In this document: positions 1-6,967 of the stretch, piece after piece
How the letters are laid out: each line of letters begins with the position of its first letter
Numbering within the stretch: the stretch's first letter is position 1
IMG/VR virus record: IMGVR_UViG_3300009646_000070
Reading direction: 5' to 3' (one strand)
Source: a virus
DNA: 38,960 bases
Position numbers and translations under genes: made by a program
Notes under the pieces: model-generated
What the model saw: the letters and a program-made list of their open reading frames with translations, nothing else
What the model was told of the DNA's origin: nothing
Databases searched by the model: none

Positions 1-303
1 GCGAGCTACTTGGTGATCTTCGGTATATTCTGCGCAGTTGATCTTTATCATGCAATCCGGGTCTCCGTGGATTGCTTCGGCGATTGACTCTACGGTCAAC
101 GTCTTGCCAACCCCAGTCGGTCCCAAAAGTAAAGAATTAAACATTGGTTTAGACGGGTCTGACAGGCCAACCCACGCAACCTCGAATGACCTGCTAAGAT
201 CATTTAAGGCGTCGTCCTGACCCACTATGCGCTTGAAGAGCAAGTCTTCAAACTTTTGCCGCGCTTTGGTTTTAAGTGTCAGGTCCAGCGGAATGTTAGC
301 CAT
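1..303 (-). CDS. Stand-alone ClpA/ClpB D2-type AAA+ ATPase (N-terminal part; runs off the window edge)
   Basis: Missing from the ORF track. Manual translation from ATG at 303: MANIPLDLTLKTKARQKFEDLLFKRIVGQDDALNDLSRSFEVAWVGLSDPSKPMFNSLLLGPTGVGKTLTVESIAEAIHGDPDCMIKINCAEYTEDHQVAR. This matches the IVGQ..A / LxDPxRP / GPTGVGKT / I.C.EY.E.H.VA signature of the second Clp AAA module, with no N-domain or D1. Confidence 0.85.
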   Translation of the reverse strand, partial: MANIPLDLTLKTKARQKFEDLLFKRIVGQDDALNDLSRSFEVAWVGLSDPSKPMFNSLLLGPTGVGKTLTVESIAEAIHGDPDCMIKINCAEYTEDHQVAR

Positions 304-339
304 TTTTATCCTGTAAATAATGAATAGTAGCTTTAAGAA

Positions 340-1011
340 TTAAAATACTATCCTTAAAACCGGATTATGAATTTTATAGACATAGCAATGTTTCCCCGGC
401 AATTCAATCGAAATCAATTCTCCTTGGTCATACTTTGCTCGAAGTTTTTTCACGAACGGTTTGTAATCCCCATTGTATTTCGTCCTAAGTGCGCGGGAAT
501 GATAAGTCCGTCCGGTTTCGGGGTCTGTGAATCCTCTGTCCTTTCCGCTGAGACCTATATATTCAAAATTGGATGCTTTGTAGATTACACCGCTATGTCC
601 GTGCATCGGGTCAGCATAACTAACAACAATTTTGATTTCAGGCGCATTCTTTTTAATCCAACGCAAGGTATAGCCGATCATGCGGCTTTCAGCGTTTTTC
701 CCCACCGAATCAAGGAAAACTAATCGCCGTAATTCCAGTACCTCTTTTTCGGATTCTCCAAATCTTTTCCAAGCCGTAGTTGAAAATTGACCGTAAACAA
801 CCGCACCGACCAACGCGCCTTTATACGTGGCCGAAAAGCAGAAAGAAATTTTCACCCCATTCAAATTATGTGAGTAATGATGCTGTTCTACAAACATCCG
901 AATATCCGAAAGTTTGCATTGCGCAATTACAAAATCTGTCGCTGAAATTTGGAGCGAAGGAGTCGGAATCGAACCGCTACCTGACTGCTGGTTGACAGTC
1001 TGTCCTACCAT
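340..1011 (-). CDS. Mom-like GNAT-fold protein (putative DNA base-modification enzyme)
   Basis: Motifs FVEQHHYSH, LVGAVVYG, ELRRL, AESRMIG, VVSYADPMHGHSGVIYKASNFEYIG are typical of Mu Mom-like proteins. Start placed at ATG 1011; the track uses TTG 1035. Confidence 0.75.
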   Translation of the reverse strand: MVGQTVNQQSGSGSIPTPSLQISATDFVIAQCKLSDIRMFVEQHHYSHNLNGVKISFCFSATYKGALVGAVVYGQFSTTAWKRFGESEKEVLELRRLVFLDSVGKNAESRMIGYTLRWIKKNAPEIKIVVSYADPMHGHSGVIYKASNFEYIGLSGKDRGFTDPETGRTYHSRALRTKYNGDYKPFVKKLRAKYDQGELISIELPGKHCYVYKIHNPVLRIVF

Positions 1012-1025
1012 TAAACGACCTCCGC
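950..1025 (-). ncRNA. tRNA-like element with 8-nt anticodon loop overlapping the start of the Mom-like gene
   Basis: Minus strand GCGGAGG-TC-GTTTAATGGTAGGAC-A-GACTG-TCAACCAG-CAGTC-AGGT-AGCGG-TTCGATT-CCGACT-CCTTCGC-T-CCA: 7-bp acceptor stem, D arm, anticodon stem, T loop, encoded CCA. Confidence 0.7.
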
Positions 1026-1039
1026 ACTTCTGCAAATTT

Positions 1040-1222
1040 TCATATTTTACCTTCGCACCAACAAGGCATCCATATTAGCCCGTAGTGGGGGCACTTAAAG
1101 TCTTCGTGCTCCCACCACTGACCGCAATTAGGACAACGGTGTGGGTGAAGGGCCGTTCGTTCTTTCTTTACCGGCCCTTCTTTTGCGTCATTTGCTAGCT
1201 TCGCTCGTTTTACTGACGCCAT
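1040..1222 (-). CDS. 60-aa Cys/His-rich putative zinc-binding protein
   Basis: GGAGG 6 nt before the ATG; CPNC...CPH...CWC; overlaps the recA 3' end. Confidence 0.6.
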   Translation of the reverse strand: MASVKRAKLANDAKEGPVKKERTALHPHRCPNCGQWWEHEDFKCPHYGLIWMPCWCEGKI

Positions 1223-2270
1223 CTTTGGCCTCCGTTTGTTTCAGGCGCTCTGTCATGGCTGTGAGAACTTTTTGGTACGTCTCAGTCACAGCCGGGGTAT
1301 TCAAGGTGTCAATGGCGTTGCGCCGTCCTTGACCGAGGCGTTCGTTGTTAAAAGCGTACCATGCGCCCGATTTTTCTACTATACCATACTCCACGGCATT
1401 GTCAAGCAAATTCCCGGTCACGTCCAAACCCCGGTCAAACAGCAGGTCTATTTCAACTTCGCGGAACGGCGTCCCTACTTTGTTCTTTACGGCTTTGATG
1501 CGAGTCCTGTTTCCAATTATTGGAGCATCTTCGCCAGACCCTTCTTTGATTGCGCCGATGCGCCGCATGTCCAGCCGGACAGAGGCATAGAACTTCAAAG
1601 CACGTCCGCCGGTGGTGGTCTCCGGCGAGCCGAACATAACACCAATCTTTTCGCGGATTTGGTTGATAAATATCACGACCGTCTTGCTCTTGTTGATCTT
1701 GCTCCGCAGCATCCGCATAGCCTGTGACATGAGCCTAGCCTGTAAGCCTACGTTGGCATCGCCGATCTCGCCGTCAAGCTCGGCTTGGGGCACCAGTGCG
1801 GCAACGGAGTCTACAACGATCACTCCGAAGGCGGCGGATTCGACAAGCATGTCCAAAATTCCAAGAGCTTCTTCTCCGCTGTCCGGCTGGCTAATCATGA
1901 GAGCTTTAACATTGACTCCGTTTGTCGATGCCCACTTCGGGTCTACGGAGTTTTCTGCGTCGATGTACGCGGCTAGCTCGCCCACAGCTTGTGCAGCGCC
2001 GACAATGTGCAGCGCGAGGGTGGTCTTGCCGCTGGCTTCTGGTCCGAAGATTTCGATGATGCGTCCTCGGGGTACTCCGCCTATACCGAGAAGATCGTGA
2101 TCGACGCTCCAAATGCCGGTAGGTATATGCGGCATCGGTATGCCTAGTTGTCTGGCCATAGAGAAGATCGCTCCCTTGCCGTACTTCTCTTCAACTTTCC
2201 CAAAAACTTGACTGGCTGCTTTCAGCTTGTCCTGTTTGGTTTGCGGTGTTTCGACAGGTACGTCGCTCAT
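1188..2270 (-). CDS. recA: RecA recombinase
   Basis: GRIIEIFGPEASGKTT Walker A, VIVVDSVAALVP, QARLMSQAMR, NQIREKIGVMFGSPETTTGGRALKFYASVRLD. Confidence 0.98.
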   Translation of the reverse strand: MSDVPVETPQTKQDKLKAASQVFGKVEEKYGKGAIFSMARQLGIPMPHIPTGIWSVDHDLLGIGGVPRGRIIEIFGPEASGKTTLALHIVGAAQAVGELAAYIDAENSVDPKWASTNGVNVKALMISQPDSGEEALGILDMLVESAAFGVIVVDSVAALVPQAELDGEIGDANVGLQARLMSQAMRMLRSKINKSKTVVIFINQIREKIGVMFGSPETTTGGRALKFYASVRLDMRRIGAIKEGSGEDAPIIGNRTRIKAVKNKVGTPFREVEIDLLFDRGLDVTGNLLDNAVEYGIVEKSGAWYAFNNERLGQGRRNAIDTLNTPAVTETYQKVLTAMTERLKQTEAKDGVSKTSEASK

Positions 2271-2538
2271 GTTTCTTTTTCTCCGGTTTCAAAAGGTCTT
2301 TAACGAGAGATGTTACAAAATCTCGTATTGCTTCTTCACGAACGTTCTGCGCTCGCATGATCTTGACTTCGTAGGCGTAGTATTCGCAGGCTGTTTGGAA
2401 AAGCAGTTTTGCTAATTCTTGTGTTTTTTTAAAAGAAAAGATTTCTTCAGACAAATCCCCATATTGTGCATGGTCAGGTCCGGGGGTGATGATGTGAAGC
2501 TGGCCGTGCTTGTCAACACGAAACTCAGGAAGAGCCAT
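2191..2538 (-). CDS. Hypothetical protein
   Basis: 115-aa ORF in the co-oriented overlapping gene chain. Confidence 0.55.
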   Translation of the reverse strand: MALPEFRVDKHGQLHIITPGPDHAQYGDLSEEIFSFKKTQELAKLLFQTACEYYAYEVKIMRAQNVREEAIRDFVTSLVKDLLKPEKKKHERRTCRNTANQTGQAESSQSSFWES

Positions 2539-2971
2539 TGCGGGTCGTCCTTTCCGGCCTGTTGTAGGTCTCGCTAAAGTAGTCCTTGATTGGGTAGATG
2601 CCCCGGCGCTTGAAGGCTTCTCCTAGCCGGTCAATCAGAAAGACGTACTTCTGCGTTTCTGGAATGGAAACGCGCACGGTATCTACTAGGTGATAAAATA
2701 ACCGGCGGTGGTGCGGAGGCAACGTGTGTTTTACGGTGAGGTCAACGTCCGTGATGAAATCACTTTGCGTTGGTTTGATTCTTCCCTCAGCGCGGGTAGC
2801 TGGCGACTCTCCCGGATTGCGACCGGGGTTGATCGACGGCACGCATCCTGATATACGCAAGGATTCCTGATAAGGAAAGAATACACCTTCAAACACGCTT
2901 TGCCAGTACGAACGCACTGGCGTCGGCTTTTTTGGCTTAGGCTTGTCTTTGTGTTTACGCAGACGCTTCAT
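2525..2971 (-). CDS. Hypothetical protein
   Basis: 148-aa ORF overlapping both neighbours on the operon strand. Confidence 0.6.
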   Translation of the reverse strand: MKRLRKHKDKPKPKKPTPVRSYWQSVFEGVFFPYQESLRISGCVPSINPGRNPGESPATRAEGRIKPTQSDFITDVDLTVKHTLPPHHRRLFYHLVDTVRVSIPETQKYVFLIDRLGEAFKRRGIYPIKDYFSETYNRPERTTRNGSS

Positions 2972-3398
2972 TGGGGTCTCCTGTCTGAATGACTACGCCA
3001 GTCGCTCCGTTTGGACTCGACGGTGAGGTTGGAAAGATCACGCATTGTAGCAGCCTCAGAAAGTCTATCCAGTTCATCGTGACCATCGGCTCCGTCTTAT
3101 TGCGAGAGTGAATGAGAAGGAGCATGAAAGCACTGTTTTGGTAGACCTCTTTATAATCCTGAAACGTCTTGGCGACGTTTAGATGCTCGACGTTTTTGCA
3201 TTCTATATTGAATGGCAATATCTTACGAGCCGCCGGGCTGAGCATGATGTCGGAAAAGCCTTCTCCGCCTTGCGTAGCCATTGGCCGTGATACGATGTCA
3301 TCAGCCACTAGGCCAAGATTCTTCACAAGCTGTAAAAGATCGAAGGCTACTCGTTTCTGTAGCCTACGGCCTTTTGCTTTGCAACTTGATGTTTTCAT
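2955..3398 (-). CDS. PD-(D/E)XK Holliday-junction resolvase-like nuclease
   Basis: MKTSSCKAKGRRLQKRV...GFSDIMLSPAARKILPFNIECKNVEHLNV; ATG 3398 overlaps the upstream stop (ATGA). Confidence 0.8.
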   Translation of the reverse strand: MKTSSCKAKGRRLQKRVAFDLLQLVKNLGLVADDIVSRPMATQGGEGFSDIMLSPAARKILPFNIECKNVEHLNVAKTFQDYKEVYQNSAFMLLLIHSRNKTEPMVTMNWIDFLRLLQCVIFPTSPSSPNGATGVVIQTGDPNEASA

Positions 3399-3964
3399 GA
3401 ACAACCCTCCGTCCAATTCATGCAAACGTAACACGCTCCGTTGCGAACGGTGATGGCCCCGCAATCTTTGCAGGCTGGCGCGTCTGTAGTTTGTGTAGAA
3501 ATGGTGACGCCTTCAGGGTGCTCAGCGGAGATAAGCATGGCTCCGGCAGATTCGTTTGACGACGGGGGCACAGCCTTTTTATTTTCTTGTTGTTGTGATG
3601 GGGGCTTAAGGAATTTAGAAATAAGCCATCGCCCAACATAGTCCATGGGACTTTTAGCAAATTTTATATCTTGATTTTTCGTCCATCCGCTAGGCTCGAA
3701 CCGTGTGTGAGCGAGCTTGCTGCACAAGTCTTCCAGCGGCACACCGTATTGCAGCGCAAGAGAAGCAACAATGGCAAAACAGTCCATCACGCCTGAGATT
3801 GTTGAACCTTCTTTGGACATGTTAATGAAAAGTTCACCGGGAGTTCCGTCTTCGTATAGACCTACAGTGATGTAGCCTTCGTGACCGGCAATGTCCATCT
3901 TGTGAGTGATGGCTTGACGCTCATTGGGCAGCCTACGGCGTTCTGGCATTGGTTGAGTCCTCAT
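3395..3964 (-). CDS. Stand-alone C-terminal (TSCPD / NrdJb-like) domain of class II ribonucleotide reductase
   Basis: RRRLPNERQAITHK...GYITVGLYEDGTPGELFI.MSKEGST.SG..D.FA...SLALQYGVPLE...RFEPSG...A.S..DY; terminal CxxC...NGACYVC...GCS. Confidence 0.85.
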   Translation of the reverse strand: MRTQPMPERRRLPNERQAITHKMDIAGHEGYITVGLYEDGTPGELFINMSKEGSTISGVMDCFAIVASLALQYGVPLEDLCSKLAHTRFEPSGWTKNQDIKFAKSPMDYVGRWLISKFLKPPSQQQENKKAVPPSSNESAGAMLISAEHPEGVTISTQTTDAPACKDCGAITVRNGACYVCMNWTEGCS

Positions 3965-5922
3965 ATAGATTTGTCCTGTACTTGCGGCTCGACCGGGACG
4001 GCGGAGCCAATCGAAGGAACGCTATCACGTTGACGCATTTCCTCCGGCTTCACTTCACGGACTGTGGACGTACCCCCTTCCATGAATAGTGTCGTAGCTC
4101 CTCCCGGAGAGTACCGGCTCAAGTCTACGCGGGCTAGCATGTATGGCCCAAAGTTCTGTTCCTCCTCGACAAATCCTTCAAACTCATTTGCCTTAATAAC
4201 GCCGACGCGGTTGCGATGCAGGCAGATCATAGCATCAACGTTCTTTTCGATTGCGGCGGAGCCAGAGGCGTGTCGGCTAGCGACGATCTCATTGGCCTCG
4301 GGTCGGCGTGGTTGAATGACTAGAACGATGAACAGCCCAAGTTCCATGGCAGTAGCCTTGATGCGGGCACTGAGGTTGGAGATTTCTTGGGCTTGATGTT
4401 GGATGCTTTTGCACATCAACTGAAGGTTGTCCAGCACCATGAACTTGATTCCGTATCGGCGGACGGCTTGCCGGATTAGGTCAAAAACTTTTTCGGTGTC
4501 CTGCGGGTTAGTCTTTCCAAGCAGCAGGTCTGCCGTTCTTTGGCGCAAGACTTCTCTAGCCTTTTCGGTTGTCTCTTTCGTGTACTGGCTTCGCCCCGGT
4601 GTGTCATCGGTCTGTGTTACGTGGCAAACCCATTTACGAGCGATGCGACGCGGCGGCATCTCGAAGCACAAGAATAATCCCGGCTGATTTAGCTTCACTG
4701 TGAGGTAGTCGAACCAGTTCATGCAGAACGTAGTCTTACCGACCTTGCCCTCCGCAATGACTCCGCATACGTCGCCGTACTCATTTCCCCCGAGCACGAT
4801 GTCCAGCGATTTCCACGGCGTATCAATCGGCGCATCACTGGTCCCACGCTTGTCAATCTCGGCGTCGATCTCGTCCAGCGCCGTGAACATATCAGAGACG
4901 CCCGGCACTTCCAGCGGCTTTGCTTCGCTCTTCAACTGTGCGAAGTCTTCGGCGGTATGCCCGGCCTGAATCCATTCGCCAAGGTCCTTGCCGTCCTGCC
5001 CATCTTTGCGTTTGAAGGCGGGTAGTTTAATCAGCAGGCATTTCTCGATTCCGATGCGCTTGATGATTTCTGCGGCGGCGTCCTGCCCGGCCTTGTCAGA
5101 GTCGTACAAGATGTAGATTTGACGATGTGGGTCCGGCGCTAATGCCCGCTGGTCCCACCATACGTCTAGCCGGTCAATCCACGTAGCTTTCTTCATGTTC
5201 GCGCCGGGCACACCAAGTACATTGTCGTAGCCAAGGCTCATGAGTGAAATGCAATCGGCCTCTCCCTCGACGAGGATTAGCTCCGTGGTGTCGGAGTGAA
5301 TTACATCGGCGTGGTAGATCGGATTTTCGCGGCCTTTGGAGCCAAGGAATCGTGGTTCCTTGCTACCGTCCGGGCGTGTTTCGAGCCTATGCAAGGCACG
5401 CATCTTGGCGTACTGGTAGTTTCCGGCATTGATGTACGGATAGACTAGCCAGCGCCGGGCTTCATTGTTTACGCCTAGCAGAAGGCCGAGCTTCATACGC
5501 TTGATAACGTCCAATGAGAAGCCGCGCTCCGTGACGTAGCGGAATGCCTCGGCGTCATTCAGCAGGCGTTGATGACACTCTTCCAGCGGAGGCAGAGGCA
5601 GCGTTTCTCTTGGAACGGCGTCAAGCATGGAGCGAATTTCTACGCCGGGGATAGTCGCATCGCCTAGCTCTTTCTTGAGGCTTTTTAGCGTTCCTGACCG
5701 TCCGCATACTTTGCAGTCGAAAAGATAGTCCGGCTGGTTTTCCGGGTGGTTGGCGTTGACCTTCGGGTCCGTGCTGACGTAGAAGTGCTGCTCTTTCCCG
5801 CACAGCGGGCAATCAGTTAGAATCTGTGAGTCATTCGAGCACAGCTTGTGAGGCCAGCCCTTCGACTTCACGTAGACTAGCGCCTGAGATTCTTCGACCG
5901 GCATTGGTTCTTCGTAAGGCAT
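3961..5922 (-). CDS. Primase-helicase (Zn finger + TOPRIM + DnaB/T7 gp4-like helicase)
   Basis: N-terminal CPLC...CKVC; TOPRIM LVEGEADC and YDSDKAGQ; Walker A AEGKVGKT; MVLDNLQ; helicase motifs through HRNR. Confidence 0.9.
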   Translation of the reverse strand: MPYEEPMPVEESQALVYVKSKGWPHKLCSNDSQILTDCPLCGKEQHFYVSTDPKVNANHPENQPDYLFDCKVCGRSGTLKSLKKELGDATIPGVEIRSMLDAVPRETLPLPPLEECHQRLLNDAEAFRYVTERGFSLDVIKRMKLGLLLGVNNEARRWLVYPYINAGNYQYAKMRALHRLETRPDGSKEPRFLGSKGRENPIYHADVIHSDTTELILVEGEADCISLMSLGYDNVLGVPGANMKKATWIDRLDVWWDQRALAPDPHRQIYILYDSDKAGQDAAAEIIKRIGIEKCLLIKLPAFKRKDGQDGKDLGEWIQAGHTAEDFAQLKSEAKPLEVPGVSDMFTALDEIDAEIDKRGTSDAPIDTPWKSLDIVLGGNEYGDVCGVIAEGKVGKTTFCMNWFDYLTVKLNQPGLFLCFEMPPRRIARKWVCHVTQTDDTPGRSQYTKETTEKAREVLRQRTADLLLGKTNPQDTEKVFDLIRQAVRRYGIKFMVLDNLQLMCKSIQHQAQEISNLSARIKATAMELGLFIVLVIQPRRPEANEIVASRHASGSAAIEKNVDAMICLHRNRVGVIKANEFEGFVEEEQNFGPYMLARVDLSRYSPGGATTLFMEGGTSTVREVKPEEMRQRDSVPSIGSAVPVEPQVQDKSI

Positions 5923-6116
5923 TACGCTCCTTGGTTTTCAAAGTGTTCATCGCAAAGATGAATGGTTTCGTTTCCAGACTGTACTGTATGGTTCCCGTCT
6001 TTGTCGCATTGTTCGTACTGTGCTCCATTCAAAATGTTGGCCCGGCGCTCCGATGGTAGCGATTGTTGCGAGAAAAAGGTATAGGCTTCCGACCGTAAAT
6101 ACGTTCAACCAGTGGC

Positions 6117-6353
6117 TCATTTGTTTATCCTCAGCCCGAGTTTGCGCCGGAGCTTCCGGCACATGATCTCGAATTTTTCCCTAAGCTCATCGGTCTCGTT
6201 GGCGTAGATCGTGTGCGAGCCGATGCGGATAGCGTAGTGTGGGCCTTTCGGCGGAGCATCCTCAAGACGCGAGGCATACGAAGTAAAGTAGTTCCAGCGT
6301 TCCAAGCTGTTCATTACCGCCACTTGCTTTGCATTAAGACCTAGCAGCGCCAT
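6117..6353 (-). CDS. Hypothetical protein
   Basis: Likely true start MALLGLN (ATG 6353, purine-rich RBS AAGAAGGGGG) within the longer track ORF. Confidence 0.55.
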   Translation of the reverse strand: MALLGLNAKQVAVMNSLERWNYFTSYASRLEDAPPKGPHYAIRIGSHTIYANETDELREKFEIMCRKLRRKLGLRINK

Positions 6354-6457
6354 TGGACCCCCTTCTTTACCAGTAGAGGCCGGTGTTACCCGGCCCCACC
6401 CGGCTCCGCGTCGGCGTGACGAAGCATACACCCCAATCTTGCCCGTCGAAACCGTAA

Positions 6458-6586
6458 CAGGCCCACAATAATCAGCCATAATTTCCCTACGGTCATGGCA
6501 CGATGTTGTCTGTATACGCCTTGCTTTGCAACACACGTCTAAGAACTTGCCTAACAACTAGGGTATGGCTGATTATGGTGGACCTG
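6458..6586 (-). ncRNA. Predicted rod-shaped structured RNA closed by a 22-bp stem, directly downstream of the tmRNA
   Basis: 6565-6586 and 6458-6479 are inverted repeats (20/22); inner pairings CCCTA/TAGGG, GTTGT/ACAAC and a TTGC-AAA-GCAA hairpin. Confidence 0.45.
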
Positions 6587-6925
6587 CGGAGGCGGTGAAC
6601 GCCGTCCATTAAACTCGGTAGGGGAGTCCTTCGACTCCCCATCCTTGTATGCAAACTACGCATTTGCGTAAAGCACCTTCGTGTTTTTCGCAGTTAGTTT
6701 TGAGAGTTGATTTCGGAAGTCTCCCACTCCCGGCTCAAATAAGCGCCGTTTCCTCTTACCCCGGTCGATGCCATTATACCCCCGTATGGTGGAGGTAGAG
6801 AGAATCGAACTCTCGTGTCGTTGTATAGTCATACGGCCTGTTTATGAGCGTACTTTATAATAGCTCTCGGCGGACCAGAACGCCGGGCTACTGCCAGTAC
6901 CAAGGGGCCTCACGGCCTCCACCAT
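6576..6925 (-). ncRNA. ssrA: Circularly permuted (two-piece) tmRNA; tag AKNTKVLYANA*
   Basis: Acceptor piece ends GAGAG-TTCGATT-CTCTC-TACCTCC-A-CCA (3' end 6787). It is followed by TAC and then the coding-piece 5' end GGGGGTA-TAATGGCATCGAC (6783). The acceptor stem has G3:U70 and A73. PK1 (GGGAG/CTTCC, GGGAG/CTCTC) precedes TAACT-GCG; tag frame 6691-6656. Outer ends are approximate. Confidence 0.9.
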
Positions 6926-6938
6926 CTGATCTACCTAC

Positions 6939-6967
6939 AGGATAACACAACCCCTTGCTCAAGTCAA
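6939..6967 (-). promoter_or_regulatory. Sigma70-type promoter for the tmRNA
   Basis: TTGACT-N17-TATCCT with TG upstream of the -10. Confidence 0.75.
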
